DNA from: Octopus sinensis
Lineage: Eukaryota
Assembly (NCBI RefSeq): GCF_006345805.1
Contig: NC_043006.1
Coordinates: 38,192,001 to 38,256,000, forward strand
Reading direction: 5' to 3'
DNA length: 64,000 nucleotides
Numbering within the stretch: position 1 is the first letter of the stretch; each line of letters opens with the position of its first letter. The notes under the pieces were generated by a model. That model was not told where the DNA came from. It did not search any database and was given only the letters and a program-made list of their open reading frames with translations. Of the stretch, positions 1-12,859 are shown piece after piece. The translations under genes were made by a program, and so were the position numbers.

Positions 1-392
1 ACCTTGACTATGATCCTATGAACCGTAGAAATTAATACAGAGAGTTGCTTATTTGTAAAAAAGAAAATATATATAACATGTGACTTCATTGACCGAGGTT
101 AACGTGGTCTTTTCCGTAGGCTTTTCTTTCCACGGGTAAACCTCACCTGTCCTCTCTATTACACTTTATATTGACATTTCTGTGATAACGATCCCTATTG
201 ACCATTTTTTTTCCTTTCCCCTTTTTCCTCCCCCTTTTTTTTTCAATTTTATCCCCCTCTTTTTTTGTCCTCTTTCTTTCCTTTTACGATCCCTTTTGAT
301 CGAAAACCAAACCCCCTTTTTTACCCCCAAAAGAAAAGCTCTACCTTGTAATTTGTCCTGTCTTTGTGCAGCCCTGTGTGGCTTATAAAGAA
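1..392 (+). mobile_element. 3' end (ORF stop and 3'UTR) of a Tx1/L1-like LINE
   Basis: Colinear with 36495-36957; shared blocks include ATCCTATGAACC, CGTGGTCTTTT, GATCCCTATTGA, CCCCAAAAGAAAAGCTCTACCTTGTAA and GCAGCCCTGTG. Confidence 0.8.
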
Positions 393-1225
393 ACACATGC
401 ATCCCACAGTAAGGTTAGGTGGACCTGTGAGCTGACTCGGTGTATTTACACCTACTTGTCAACAGTGAGAAATTTTCTGTGACGAAATTCAGTCAATGAT
501 TTTCTTACGATTTTGAATATTCCTCAAGCATATAAGAACTGGTAACACGTTTGTATGTGTGTGTGAGTGTGTGTGTGCGTGTGTGTGTGTGTGTGGTGGA
601 GGTGTATGTGTGCGTGCGTGTCTGTGCGTGTGCGTGTGTGCGTGTATACATGCATGCGTGCGTGTGTGTGTGTTGTTTTGTCCTATGGATATGAATATAA
701 AATTTATCTACACAAAATGAAATTCACAGAACCCATCTAAAATATTGGAGAGTGGGGTGATTTATTACATATCTTAGTTCAATTCCACGTCGGCATTACC
801 AATGAATCAGATTTGACCTGACGGTCTACGTCTTTGCTATGGTGTTACACGTGCAATCTTTCTTCTTCTTCTTCTTCAGGTTCAGTTGTAATTCCAATAC
901 AAAACTTTGAAATGCAATTCAATGGTGTCAGTTCCAGAGCGATGAATGCCAGGTCATACATCCAAACAGAGGGAAATTATAGGTTTTCCTAACACGAACT
1001 ATCGATAAAACTATTCTTCTACTTATCGTCTGTTATTGATCATTTCATATTTTCTCAATGTTTCAACACAACTAAATTGGAAACATCCTATCTCAATATA
1101 TCAACGCTTTCTATAGATATAAGGTTAATGTTTCTAACTAGGCGCGGGTGTGGCTGTGTGATGGGAAGTTTGCTTCGTAACTACATGGTTCTGGGTTCAG
1201 TCCCACTGCGTGGTACCTTGCGCAA

Positions 1226-1548
1226 GGAAGGGGAGGAGGGGGAATAGGCAACTTCCTGAAAAGTTCCAAGGAAGGGGAGGAAGGGAAGGAGGGGGAATCG
1301 ACAACTTCCTCGAAATTTCCGAAGATGGGGAAGGCGGGGAGGAGGGTCATAGGCAAGTTACCTATTCCTATTCCTCCCCTCCTTCCCTTCGCCCTCCACC
1401 CCTTCGCCTCCTTCGCTCCCTTCCTCCCCTCCTCGGAACTTTCCAGGAAGTCATCTATTCCCCCTCCTCCCTTTCCTCATCTTCCTCGGATCAGTTGCCT
1501 GTTTTCCCCCTCCTCTCCTCCCTTTCCTCGGAATTTTCCAGGAAGTTG
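1226..1548. repeat. GC-rich foldback-like repeat built of GGAACTTTCCAGGAAG units
   Basis: A purine-rich half (1226-1350) is followed by a complementary pyrimidine-rich half; the unit is the same as in 7895-8210. Confidence 0.6.
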
Positions 1549-1771
1549 TCTACACAACCATGCCTCATGAGAACGAACCACAATGAACTGCGGCTATGCT
1601 GGGGCACCGCCTTGAAGAAATTTTAGTTGACTGGATTGACCCCAGGACTTATTTATTTCAAGCCTGACACTTATTCTATCGTCGTCTTTGGCTAAAACGG
1701 TACGTTACGGGAACGTAAACACACCAACACCAGTTGTCAAGCCGTGGGGGAGTAAACATAGACACAACACA

Positions 1772-1967
1772 CGACGGGATGCTGAAAAGTTCCTGGCTTT
1801 GGGTAACAGAAAATACAAAAAGATCCGTTAATTATGATTTTATTCAACATATTCCCCTCTCAGATTCATAAACTTATTGCAGCAGTCCTTCAGTTTTTCT
1901 AAGTCCTGTAAAAGCACTCGGAAGGTAGGGCCTCCAGCCTGGACTTTCGCGACAGCACCCCCTTGTA
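1772..1967. mobile_element. Tc1/mariner-type MITE
   Basis: Imperfect TIRs CGACGGGATGCTGAAAAGTTCCTGGCT ... AGCCTGGACTTTCGCGACAGCACCCCCTTG followed by TA. Confidence 0.6.
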
Positions 1968-2094
1968 TATGGTTGAGACTGCTCGACGGGTTCTCGCAAC
2001 CTGCTAGAAATAGCAGTCAAATCTTTCTCAAATCATATCATCACCACCACCACCACTGCCACCACAACCATCCTCCTCCTCCTCCTCCTCCTCG

Positions 2095-2128
<34 letters not shown>

Positions 2129-2679
2129 TATCATCATCTTCATCGTCATCAACCCCGTGGATAATACTGTCCCGGTTTCTATGCCATAAAAGTAATCGAG
2201 ATCACAACGCTCCTCCCCGGATTGGACGCCAGTCCATATCAGGGTTAAACTCATTTACAGCGAAGAGAATTGGAGCAGTGAAACGAAAACGTTTTGTTGA
2301 AAAAACACAAGGCACCGCCCGATCCGTGAATCGAAACTACGACAATGCGATCGCAAGTGCGACAGCCTACCAAGTAGGCGACGCACCTTCAGTTCATATC
2401 CCGCTGTCTTAAAGGAACGAAGGACACCTTGTATTATGTGGTGCAATATAAGCGATATAAGGATAGAGGACGTGATGGCCACAGTTAGAAGACCTTTGAA
2501 CATTGGTCTATTTGATTAGATGTAACTTAGGGATTAAATATCAACTGATCGTCTCTCTTGGTTACTTACAGGAACGAATTTGATAAGTTCTTAATGAAAG
2601 GCCATCAGTAATAAGAAGAGCGGTAAATATTCGTCCGAGCCGTTGCAGCCATATGACTGTTGACCATTGGCAAGAAGTT

Positions 2680-3928
2680 GTGTGTGTGTGTGAGAGAGAG
2701 TGTGCGTGTGTGAGAGAGAGTGTGTGTATGTGTATGTATGTGTGTGTGTATATGCATGTGTGCAAGTGTATGTATGTATATGCGTGTGTGTGAGTGTGCG
2801 CGCGCTCGTGTGTGTGGACGTGTGTGTGCGTGTGTGTGCGAGTGTGTGTGTATGTGTGCATGTGTACGTGTGTGTGAGTGTATGTATTTATATGCGTGTA
2901 TGTGATTGTATGTGTGTGTGTGTGCGCGTGTGTGTGCGTGCGTGCATGTGTGCGTGTGTGTGAGTGTGTGTGTATGTTTGTGTATGTGTATATGCGTGTG
3001 TGTGCGTATGTGTGTGCGAGTGTGTGTGTGCATGTGTGCGTGTGTGTGTACGCGCGTGTGTATGTGTGTGTGCGTATATATGTACATGTGCGTGAGAGAG
3101 AGTGTGTGAGTATAAATGTGTGTGTATATGTGAGCATGTGAGTATTTAATGTATACGAATGATTCTGTGTGTGTGTGTGTGTGTATCTGTGATTGTGTGT
3201 GTGCGAACATGTACATGCGTGTTGTGTGTGTGTGAGAGAGAGAGAATAAGTATGTGTGTACCTGTGTATGTGAGCACAAGAGAATGTAATGTACGCGTAT
3301 GATTGTCAGTGTGTGTGTGTGTGTGCGAACATGTACATGCGTGTTTGTGTGTGTGAGTATAAATGTGTGTGTACGTATGTATGTGAGCATGTGAGTATGT
3401 AATGAACGCGAATGATTGTGTGTGTGAATGTGTATGAACATGTACATATGTGTTTGTGTATGTGTGAGTGTGAGAGAGAGAGAATAAGTATGTGTGTACC
3501 TGTGTATGTGAGCACAAGAGAATGTAATGTACGCGTATGATTGTCAGTGTGTGTGTGTGTGTGTGTGTGGTGTGTGTGTATCTGTGATTGTGTGTGTGCG
3601 AACATGTACATGCGTGTTTGTGTGTGTGAGTATAAATGTGTGTGTACGTATGTATGTGAGCATGTGAGTATGTAACGTACGCGAATAATTGTGTGTGTGT
3701 ATGTGTGTGTGAACATGTACATGTGTGTATGTGTGTGTGTGTATAAATGTGCGTGTACGTATGTATATGAGCATGTGAGTATGTAATGAACGCGAATGAT
3801 TGTGTGTGTGAATGTGTATGAACATGTACATATGTGTTTGTGTATGTGTGAGTGTGAGAGAGAGAGAATAAGTATGTGTGTACCTGTGTATGTGAGCACA
3901 AGAGAATGTAATGTACGCGTATGATTGT

Positions 3929-3969
<41 letters not shown>

Positions 3970-4015
3970 TGCATGTGAACATATGCACGTGTGAGCGTGT
4001 GTTTGTGTGTGTGTG
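2680..4015. repeat. Degenerate (GT)n tract with higher-order repeats
   Basis: The block GAGAATAAGTATGTGTGTACCTGTGTATGTGAGCACAAGAGAATGTAATGTACGCGTATGATTGTCAG recurs at about 3242, 3480 and 3864. Confidence 0.9.
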
Positions 4016-4764
4016 TATTTAGCATTACACTTTGGTAACTAGGGTTCTTCTCCTAATTGACGCTACATTCTAGAAAATCAAGGTGCTCTGACCGAAGTTA
4101 TTAAAGTAAATGGAGTCATATAATTTGATAGTATCCTTTGAAAGCATTGTGTCATTCTCCTTAAGGGAATAGTTCCATTGTTGCAGAAAGTAGCTATATA
4201 CCCGCTTCAACAACGCGTTACACAAATCGACAAATACATACACACTTTACGAACACGCACCACCGGACGCAAAAACGCGCGCGCGCACCACACACACACA
4301 CACACACACACAGCTGCTTAGTAACACAAAGCCATGAGAGATCGATACGGTTCTCTGTGGTCATCACTGTTGTTATCGATGCTGGTGTTGTTCAATCTTA
4401 GACCAGCTTCGATCGACCGTTCTAAGCATTCTAGTCGTGACCATCGTGTCTTTTCTCAGACATGATAATCGATTATACCACTGTGTGCTCCCCCACCCCT
4501 GGGCATGTGTCTTCTATTATAGCTTCGGATCGATTTGGTAGACAAAATATTGTGTGGAAGTCTGCCGTGTATGTGTGTGTGCCTGTTTGTGTGTTTATGC
4601 TGCCTACCGCTTGACAACTGTTGTTGGTTTGGTTACATCCTCGTCAAACTTATGAAAACAAATAAACAAGGTATTGGGGTCGATTTGCACGGCTAAACTC
4701 TTCAAGGTAGTGCATCAGCATGGTTGCAATCCAATGATTGAAACAAGTAAAAGATAATATATAG

Positions 4765-4796
<32 letters not shown>

Positions 4797-4896
4797 GAAT
4801 TAGTAAAACTAAGAAGAAAAAAGAAAGAAAACAAGAGAGGTACAAGTTTTCATAAAGGCGTTATTAGTCTAACGCTTGAAAAGAAAAGGAAAGTGT

Positions 4897-4930
4897 CTTC
4901 ACGTTTCGGATGTTAATCCTTTGTCAGAAA
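4897..4930 (-). ncRNA. Degenerate Penelope-type minimal hammerhead ribozyme motif
   Basis: Minus strand TTT CTGACAA A GGAT-taac-ATCC GAAAC GTG AAG; the core is mutated (CTGACAA, GTG triplet). Confidence 0.5.
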
Positions 4931-6995
4931 AACGAAAAAGAAGGAATGGTGGTAGAAAGGTGTGAAGAAGAAGAAGAAGAAGAAGAAGAAGAAGAAGAAG
5001 AAGGGGCCGGGTGGGAATGCGGTTCAATGGTAGAAGAATTGGGAAGAGAGAAAAAGTGGTATGTTGTGTAAAAAAATTGATTGTATAAACATATGGAGAA
5101 AATGTTGTTTTACGCGGATTGAAAGGAACCTGGTGGCAGAGGTGAAAGTGTTAATGGAATCTAAAGTAGAAGTTGTGAAGTTCCTGCGTAAAGTCAGTGA
5201 GCGAAATTTAAGTAGTGCAATGCAGGATGATATCCAACGTTGCGGAGAAATGCAGGAAACGTTTAACAATTGGTGAGTAAGATCCATGAGAAGGAACTCA
5301 GGGTGATAACTGTACCGTGAAGTAATTGTATAGAGACGAAAATACGTGTTGCCGAGAAGAAAGATTAAAGTGGAGGTTTAGTAGAGACCGATGCAAGGGG
5401 AAGTAATCTACGCGTGTTAGTGTGTTTGCAAAGGACCTACATATTGACAAGGAAGCGACAGAAACTAGTCCTTTTCGAAGTTTCACTTGAAAAAGATGGT
5501 ATTATTTTTATACAATCGTTTATTTTTCAAGTAATTGATAATTATATAATGTTCTTTAACAAACAATAAAGCTGTAGGCATAGCAGCTGAAATATGAAAA
5601 TTTATTGCAAACAAAATTGAAGATTATTTCCTCAAGAAATACATCAAATATTATTGTTATTAAAAATTTTGAAAAATTCTGTCTTTTTAATTTCAGTATC
5701 ATTTAAGGGTCACAGAAGATTATTGATTCGCTAAAATGTGCCGGAACGGTAAAAGATGAATACTTTAGTACAAACATCGCAATCAGATAAGTATATCAAG
5801 TTCAACGTTGAGCTATTTTTGCATATTTATTTGAATTATATTTCTCGGCGTCGAGATTTCACGACCTTGAAGACGCATCTCAAATTTGATTTGAAAATTT
5901 TTGAAAGGAAGTTAAGCATAGAGACAAAGTTTAAATACTTTCATACACTTTTCCAAGAGGTTTTGTTGGTGGCTAAGCGACGTCTGTTATGCTGTTGATC
6001 GATTACTTGGAACCAACAGTTTATCTTTTAATTTACAGTACAGAGAAAGGTGGCGAGCTGGTAGAACCGTTTGCACATCGGGGAAAAATGCTTAGCAGTT
6101 TTTCGTTCGTCTTTACGGTCTGAGTTCAAACTCCACCGAGGTCGACTTTACCTTTCATCCTTTTGAAGTCTATAAAATAAGCAATCGATTTTCAATCCCT
6201 CAAAATTACAGGCCTTGTTCCTATAATAGAAATTTACAGTATAGGGAAGGTGGAGCTTGAATACAGCTGAGATTAAAATTTCCTTTATCTTTTCGGTGGC
6301 GATAAAATAAAGCACTGGAATCGATGTAATTAGCCATCTTCATAAAAACTGCTGGCCTTGCAGGGGCTGGAAGTGCACCTTCTAGAATTTTTGTGAGGTG
6401 CAAAATCAAACACCCCTACTTTTCTCAGGATTAGAAAACTGTGAATAAAAAGTGATCTGTAAAAAGTAGCTCAAAGCTAGATTTCTTTTCAAAGAACAAT
6501 GAACAAAAATAAATTAAAACCAAAAACAATAAGATCGTATATGTAAACATTTTTTGCACTCCCTAAGCAAGTTTCGTTCTTGTGCCAGTGCCTTGCACCT
6601 TAATTTGAAAGCATTCACAGTACAGAGGCCTGGTAAGTTTAGCAAAGATAACTCTCTTTTAAGGTTCGAATTGGCTTAAGAAAAATGTAACCAAATACCT
6701 TCAGGTTGCAACGGCAAATTTTGGAGCCGTATTGAAGGAAAGATAAACAACACCGGTGATACCCAGGAATATGGTACACGCTAATTAGAATATAAAATTA
6801 CAGATTTTGCTTACTTTCTCTCTCACAATTTGTTTAGAATGGTGATTTATTTCACTGTTTACAGATTTTTCTGATTGCTCAGTTTACGTTTAGAATTTTA
6901 TGCACCATCAAGGAAACAAGGAAAAAGAAAAAAGGGATTCAGTTGCAGGAGATGGCTGGAGACGGTGAGGGAGCAACAGGTTGTAGACTCTAGAA

Positions 6996-7218
<223 letters not shown>

Positions 7219-7894
7219 CTCTAGAACAAATGATGTGTTCAACCGCGTCTCGTAGACATGATTGCGAAGGCGTTGCCGCGGAGAATGGCTAGTGACACTC
7301 ACTGCAACAGCTGCAGCACCTCGAGGTGCTTATTTCTCAAATGAGCCGCAGTTAACCCGGTTTTGCGGAGGAAATTGGTAGTGCAGGGTCCGAGAACATC
7401 TGAGGTGTCGATGGCGACCGACACCGAAGCGTCTTTCGTTTCTTTTTTACCGCCTTCACTGACGAAGTGTACACTATTTAATATTAACTTTGAAGGTTCA
7501 CTTCTTGTTCACCACTTTTACCACAAATTTTATTAAGAAGGTAATATAGGTATCAGAAATGGTGGAGCTCTCGACTGAAAACTCCACATATATTTTTTTA
7601 CTTTAGTACTTTACCCCCTGATATCAAACTTCAACCCAAGTTGATTCAACTCTCGCTATTATTCTACGATTAAAACAATATTCTATCAGCAATATATTAA
7701 GATATATTCAGTCAGTTACACCGCTCAAATTCCTGCACTAGATCTTTTATCATTTATTTGTTTCAGTTAATGGACTGCGGCCATGCTGGGGTGCCATTTT
7801 GAAGAATTTTTTTTTTAGTCGAATGAATCGAACTCAGTGCTTTTTTTGTTCTGAAGACTGGTACTTATTCTAACGGTTCTTTGGCCGAACTACT

Positions 7895-8210
7895 TGGAAC
7901 TTTCCAGGAAGTACCACCCCTCCTCGGAACTTTTCACGAAGATTCCTATCCCCCTTCCTTGGAACTTTCCGGGAAGTACCCCCCCCCTCATCGGAACTTT
8001 CCATGAAGATTCCTATTCCCCTCCTCCCCTTCCATGGAACTTTCCAGGAAGTACCTCTCCCTCTTCGGAACTTTACATGAAGGTTCCTAATCCCCCTCCT
8101 CCCCATCCTTGAATTTTTCCGGGAAGTACCTCCCCTCCTCGGAACTTTCCAGGAAGTACCTCCCACCTCCTCGGAACATTCCATAAAGATTCTTATTCGC
8201 CCTCCTCCCG
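7895..8210. repeat. GC-rich minisatellite of about 28-35 bp units (CCTCGGAACTTTCCAGGAAGTACC)
   Basis: About ten units, alternating GAAGTACC and GATTCCTA variants. Confidence 0.8.
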
Positions 8211-10994
8211 TTCCTTTTTTTATAATTTGTATATTTTATTATAAATGCAAAAAAAAAAATCACCACGAAGCAAAGGACGTAAGCTTAAATAGTAAACCGT
8301 GATAGATGAACCGCGATATATGATGATCAAAATCACCGTCGTTTGAACCTAGAATCTAGAGACGGACGAAATGCCGCTAGCGATTATCCGGCATACTAAC
8401 GGCATGCTAGATCGCTGCTTAAAGCATCACAATTTAATAATTAACCGGTTGATATACACATTGCTTCTCCTGATACAGATAGCGAGACATATCGAGAGAG
8501 AGAGAGAGAGAGAAAACTTCAGCTGTCAAGTAAGTCAGCGGCGCCAAATAAGCGACACAAAATAAGCGACACCAAATAGTGGGCGCTGACTAGCCCGCGC
8601 CAAATAGTCATTGCCAAATAGGGGGTGCCAAATTGGCGGCGCCCAAAACAGCTGTGCCAAAACGTCTCAAGCCCAATCTACAAAACATATATATTCTACC
8701 CATTCACTACCCAATAAAATAACATAAGACTATCTCTCACATAATCGATACTTGATACTGTAACACATCTCAAATCTCGCAAATAAAACAGAAAAGATAT
8801 CAAACTACCTGAGATGAATATATTTTCATAATATTTGCATGTCTGGCAAGAAAATAATGCTAATGTAAATAGAAGTTTGGATTTCAATAAACTAGCGCAT
8901 TTAATAGGATACATACTTGAAACCAACAAGATATCAGACAGAGAAATAAAACATTTAAAATAAAGATAGAATACATAAATAGTAACAACGAATAAAAAAA
9001 AAAACACAAGCGCAGGGAGAAAGAAAAAAAAGCATTAAAAGTTTAAACAATGAGAAACGTAGATCATGAAGATAGATCTATCGGAAGCGAAGCAAACGGA
9101 ATATTGAAAGAGAAAGCGAGAGAGATAGAGAGGGGGAGGAGGGAGAGAGCGAGAGAGAGCGATACAATGAAACCAAACCACAGTATGCCTACAAAATATC
9201 GATTAACAAAAAAAAAAAAAAGAAACCGAACCTGATTTACACAAACGAAAATGTGAATACAAGTGAAAAGATCTAAGGGTAGAAATATATCTAAAGCTGG
9301 AAATCTTGAATATGACAATAATGCAAAGGTGGAAATAGTTAAAGAATCAAAATCGATAGAATATTTTCCTATGGACCAACGAAAGACATCTCCTCCAAAG
9401 ATAAAACTTTTCGATAAAGTAATAACAATGAAAAGAAAGAAACTGGGCTACCATAGATATACTGAAAGTATGATAGGAGACACCAATTTTACCACGCTGT
9501 ACATACTGTGCGTGTATGTATGTATGTATGTATGTATGTATGTATGTATGTATGTATGTATGTATGTATGTATGTATGTATGTATGTGTGCGTATGTATG
9601 TATGTATGTATGTATGTATGTATATAATATATATATACACACATTATGTATGTATATACGTATATGTATATATGTGTGTGTGTATGTATATCTGTATATA
9701 TATGTATGTATGTATATATATGTGTGTATGTGTATGTATATGTAGGTGTGTACGCGTATGTGTGTGTATATGTATGTATATATGTGTGTATATGTAGACA
9801 TAGGTATGTATGTATAAAGTATGTATCTGAACCCGACCCTTTCAGACAGAAGAGAGAAGAGAAAGTTGGTTAACGTCTTAAAACAAACACACAGATAAAT
9901 TAGAAGACAAAACAAAATCTTTCTAATGTCAATATTATAGTCGTTGGCTAAGAAGCTAACCTTTGCAACCACGTGATTACGGGATCAATTCTATTGCGCA
10001 CCACTTTAAGCAAGTCAGGACGTCTATTAATGAAAGCGATTAAACACAATTTTTGTTATTTCTTGAAAAAAAAAACATAGCTTCCATGACGTCAACAGAT
10101 ACACATGTACAGAATACACGCACATATAATGAATGTCATGGCTGCCAATCAACACAAACACATGTCCACTATCTGTGACATATACACACACATAGTCTTC
10201 ACGCTCTCTAAGAAAGAAAAACGTCGACTTTTTGATGTACACAATATTTTAATCATTTAGAAATATTTTAAACTTGAATGTGATTTAAAAAATGTAAGTT
10301 GTCTGTACAGTGAGTATTTATATTTTAGCTTTTTTTAAACACTGTATTTTACTGTTTTTTAAAAATTTGTTTTCAAGTGAATGGCGATGTTTCGCTTTAA
10401 CTCTCAGAACTGTCATCCGGAGTTCGTTAATTTCCATAAAAAAAATTATTTACTTTTGTTTTAAAGTGAAAGAGAGGAGAAAGTAAAGGATGCATGTACG
10501 TATATATGAAATGGGCGTGTGTGTGTGAAAGAGAGAGCGAGAGAAAAAAGAGAGAAAAAGAGTGAGCAAAGGGGTGTATCATGTGCACGTACACACAGCA
10601 ATACATATGCGTACATCTTTTTTGTACCGCTTCCTCCGCTATTACAAGCTACTAGAATAAATTGAAGAAAATCATATCTACCCGCTTCTATTTTACTGGA
10701 AAGTTGATGACGCCGAACTTAATACTCCTATGGCCATTTCTCTTCTTTTATCGTTTGTATCATAAATTGTATATATGTATATTTTCAAATGTGAATTTTC
10801 GAAGATTGATGAACGTGGTTTCAGTAGGGGTTGAAAGAATTAATAGACATGCACACATCCTCATTAGTCAGTTCCTTATCAAATTATATTAACGAGGTTG
10901 GAGATGTGTGGAGAGACATAGTACACAAAAAATACAATTCCATAGAATGTTGCATAACCGTGATCTTCAGATTAGATATAACATAGTAGTAGTA

Positions 10995-11136
10995 GTAGTA
11001 GTAATTGGTGCATTGGGAACTGTGGGTAAAGATATAGAGAGATGGTTGAAGGAGATTGGAATAGAGTGTCCTGTAGAGCTTCTGCAGAAGGCTTGCCGTT
11101 TAGGGACAGGAAAGATTATCAGGAGGATAATCAGGA
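10995..11136 (+). mobile_element. R4/Dong-like (RLE) LINE ORF C-terminal fragment
   Basis: VVIGALGTVGKDIERWLKEIGIECPVELLQKACRLGTGKIIRR matches the typical R4-clade C-terminus (IGALG...LQK..LLGT..I.R). Confidence 0.75.
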
Positions 11137-11857
11137 GGATCTTTACCTTTTGACCTACAGATTAAAAAAATATTTTTTTATAACTAAACACTTTCAAACT
11201 TCGGACACTAGTAGAATGTGTCATATAAAAAAAAACATCTTTTACTCGTAGCATTTTTGAGAAAAACATATTTGCGAAGTAATTTCACGTTAAAGTAGTC
11301 CTATTTCGGTAATTTCAACCAATCAATGACGTATATTCAGCTGAATAAAATTACTGCCGTTGTTGGTCAACAACAACTATCGGCGGTGTATATTTCGTTT
11401 GTCACTGTTATTTATGACATCGTTCGTGCATTTCGACTGGTTTTAGCGTTAAGGTTTTAAGGTTATGGTTAGTGTTTTAGGGTTAGGGTTGGGGTTTTAG
11501 GGTTAAGGTTTTAGGGTTAGGGTTTTAGGGTTAGGGCTTTAGGGTTAGGGTTAGGGTTAAAGTTTTAAGGTTAGAGTTATCCTAAATAACAGTGACAAAC
11601 GAAAAATACGCCTCCGAAAGTTTTTGTGGACAAACAACGGCAGTAATTTTATTCAGCTGAATACACGTCATTGATTGGTTGAAATTACCGAAATAGGACT
11701 ACTTTAATGTGAAATAACTTCGTAAACATAAGTTTTTCTCAAAAATGCTAAGAGTAAAATATGTTTTATATGACACATTCTACCAGTGTCCGAAGTTTGA
11801 AAGTGTTTAGTTACAAAAAATTATTTTTTAAATCTGTAGGTCAAAAGGTAAAGATCC
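11137..11857. mobile_element. Foldback MITE with about 280-bp TIRs around a telomere-like (TTAGGG/TTTTAGGG) core
   Basis: GGATCTTTACCTTTTGACCTACAGATT... and ...AATCTGTAGGTCAAAAGGTAAAGATCC; arms 11137-11415 and 11583-11857; GGA on both flanks. Confidence 0.92.
11440..11580 (+). repeat. Interstitial telomere-like array
   Basis: TTAGGG and TTTTAGGG variants, including a perfect TTAGGGTTAGGGTTAGGG. Confidence 0.9.
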
Positions 11858-11874
11858 GGAATATTTAGTTATGA

Positions 11875-12680
11875 CTGACGAATAGAGACCTTAAGAAAGA
11901 AACAGAGGGACGAATAATGACCGCTCAAAGTCAGTCATTGCGGACGAATATCATTAAATCAAAGGTAGAAAATTCTGAAAAGTGTAGAGTATGTAATGAG
12001 AAAGAGGACAAACAAACACGACTGAAAACCATTATACAGTTCCTGTAGTACTTTGGCACAGAAGGAATAAAGACACAGACACGGCTCTATGGCCAAGGTA
12101 CTGCACTGGGATATATTGAAGAGGATTTAGAGTAGGAAGAAAATGTTGCGAGCATCAACCAGAAAATATAATAGAGAACGACTAAAACAAGATTTTATGG
12201 GATTTTAATGTACAGATTGATCGCGCATTCATGCCAGGTGACCAGATATTAGGTTCTTCACATTGGAAAAAGAGGGTTCTTCACCATCATAGATGTGGAT
12301 ATATCTGCAGCGGGGGAAGAGAAAATAGGAAAATGTCAGGATTTGGCGAGGGAAATACGACGACTGTTGAGGGTTTCTAAAAAAGTAGTTTGATTTGTTA
12401 TAAGTAGCTTAGGTACGGTCACCAGCAGATTTAACAGATCCTTTATGGAGATAGGTCTAACTATAAGAGTTGCATTAATTCAGAAATCTGCTCTACTGAG
12501 AACAGGTGAAAACAATATCAGTAATAATTGGGGCACTGGGCATGGATAACAAAAAAAAAAAAAAGAAAACAGAGCAGCAGAAAATGTAGAAGCTATACCC
12601 GGATACTAAACACTCACACACTATCCAAAAAATAGTCCTGCTGCGAACAGCCTACATTCCTACACAAGGTACTATCAATT
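11875..12680 (+). pseudogene. Decayed R4/Dong-like LINE ORF: zinc knuckle and restriction-like endonuclease region, plus a second C-terminal fragment
   Basis: Manual translation gives DLKKETEGRIMTAQSQSLRTN, KCRVCNEK, KVLHWDI, EHQPENIIEN, KILWDFNVQID, EEKIGKCQDLAREI and LIQKSALLRTG, then VIIGALG and IQKIVLLRTAY. It contains stops and frameshifts. Confidence 0.8.
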
Positions 12681-12859
12681 CAACAATACAACCCAAACAA
12701 AACAATCCTAAACACTCTACACAGTAAATATCCAATTAAATAATCAACCCTGAAAGTTTCATCTGAATCCATCCTGTGGTTCTTGAGATATCTTGTCCAC
12801 AGACAAACAAACAGGAGTGAAAACCATACCCCTGTATTCGCTAAGGCGGAGGTAATAAT

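Noticed and set aside
860-992. (TTC)n-CAG acceptor followed by a 36-codon open frame
   Set aside because: The pyrimidine tract is a microsatellite and the peptide has no recognisable features.
2562-4025. Long HT/VC/YI-rich ORFs (up to 280 aa) here and throughout the window
   Set aside because: They are translations of (CA)n, (TA)n, (TATC)n and (CATA)n microsatellites that lack stop codons; no protein signal.
7398-7435. Hairpin CTGA GGTGTCG...CGACACC GAAGC GTC resembling a hammerhead
   Set aside because: It lacks the NGA of the core, has GAAG instead of GAAA, and has no convincing stem I.
8700-9500. Possible decayed LINE coding sequence and 160-aa ORF at 9263
   Set aside because: No diagnostic motif could be confirmed, and the ORF length is inflated by (GTAT)n.
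11440-11580. Chromosome end or fusion site
   Set aside because: The array is short, degenerate, unidirectional and enclosed by transposon TIRs.
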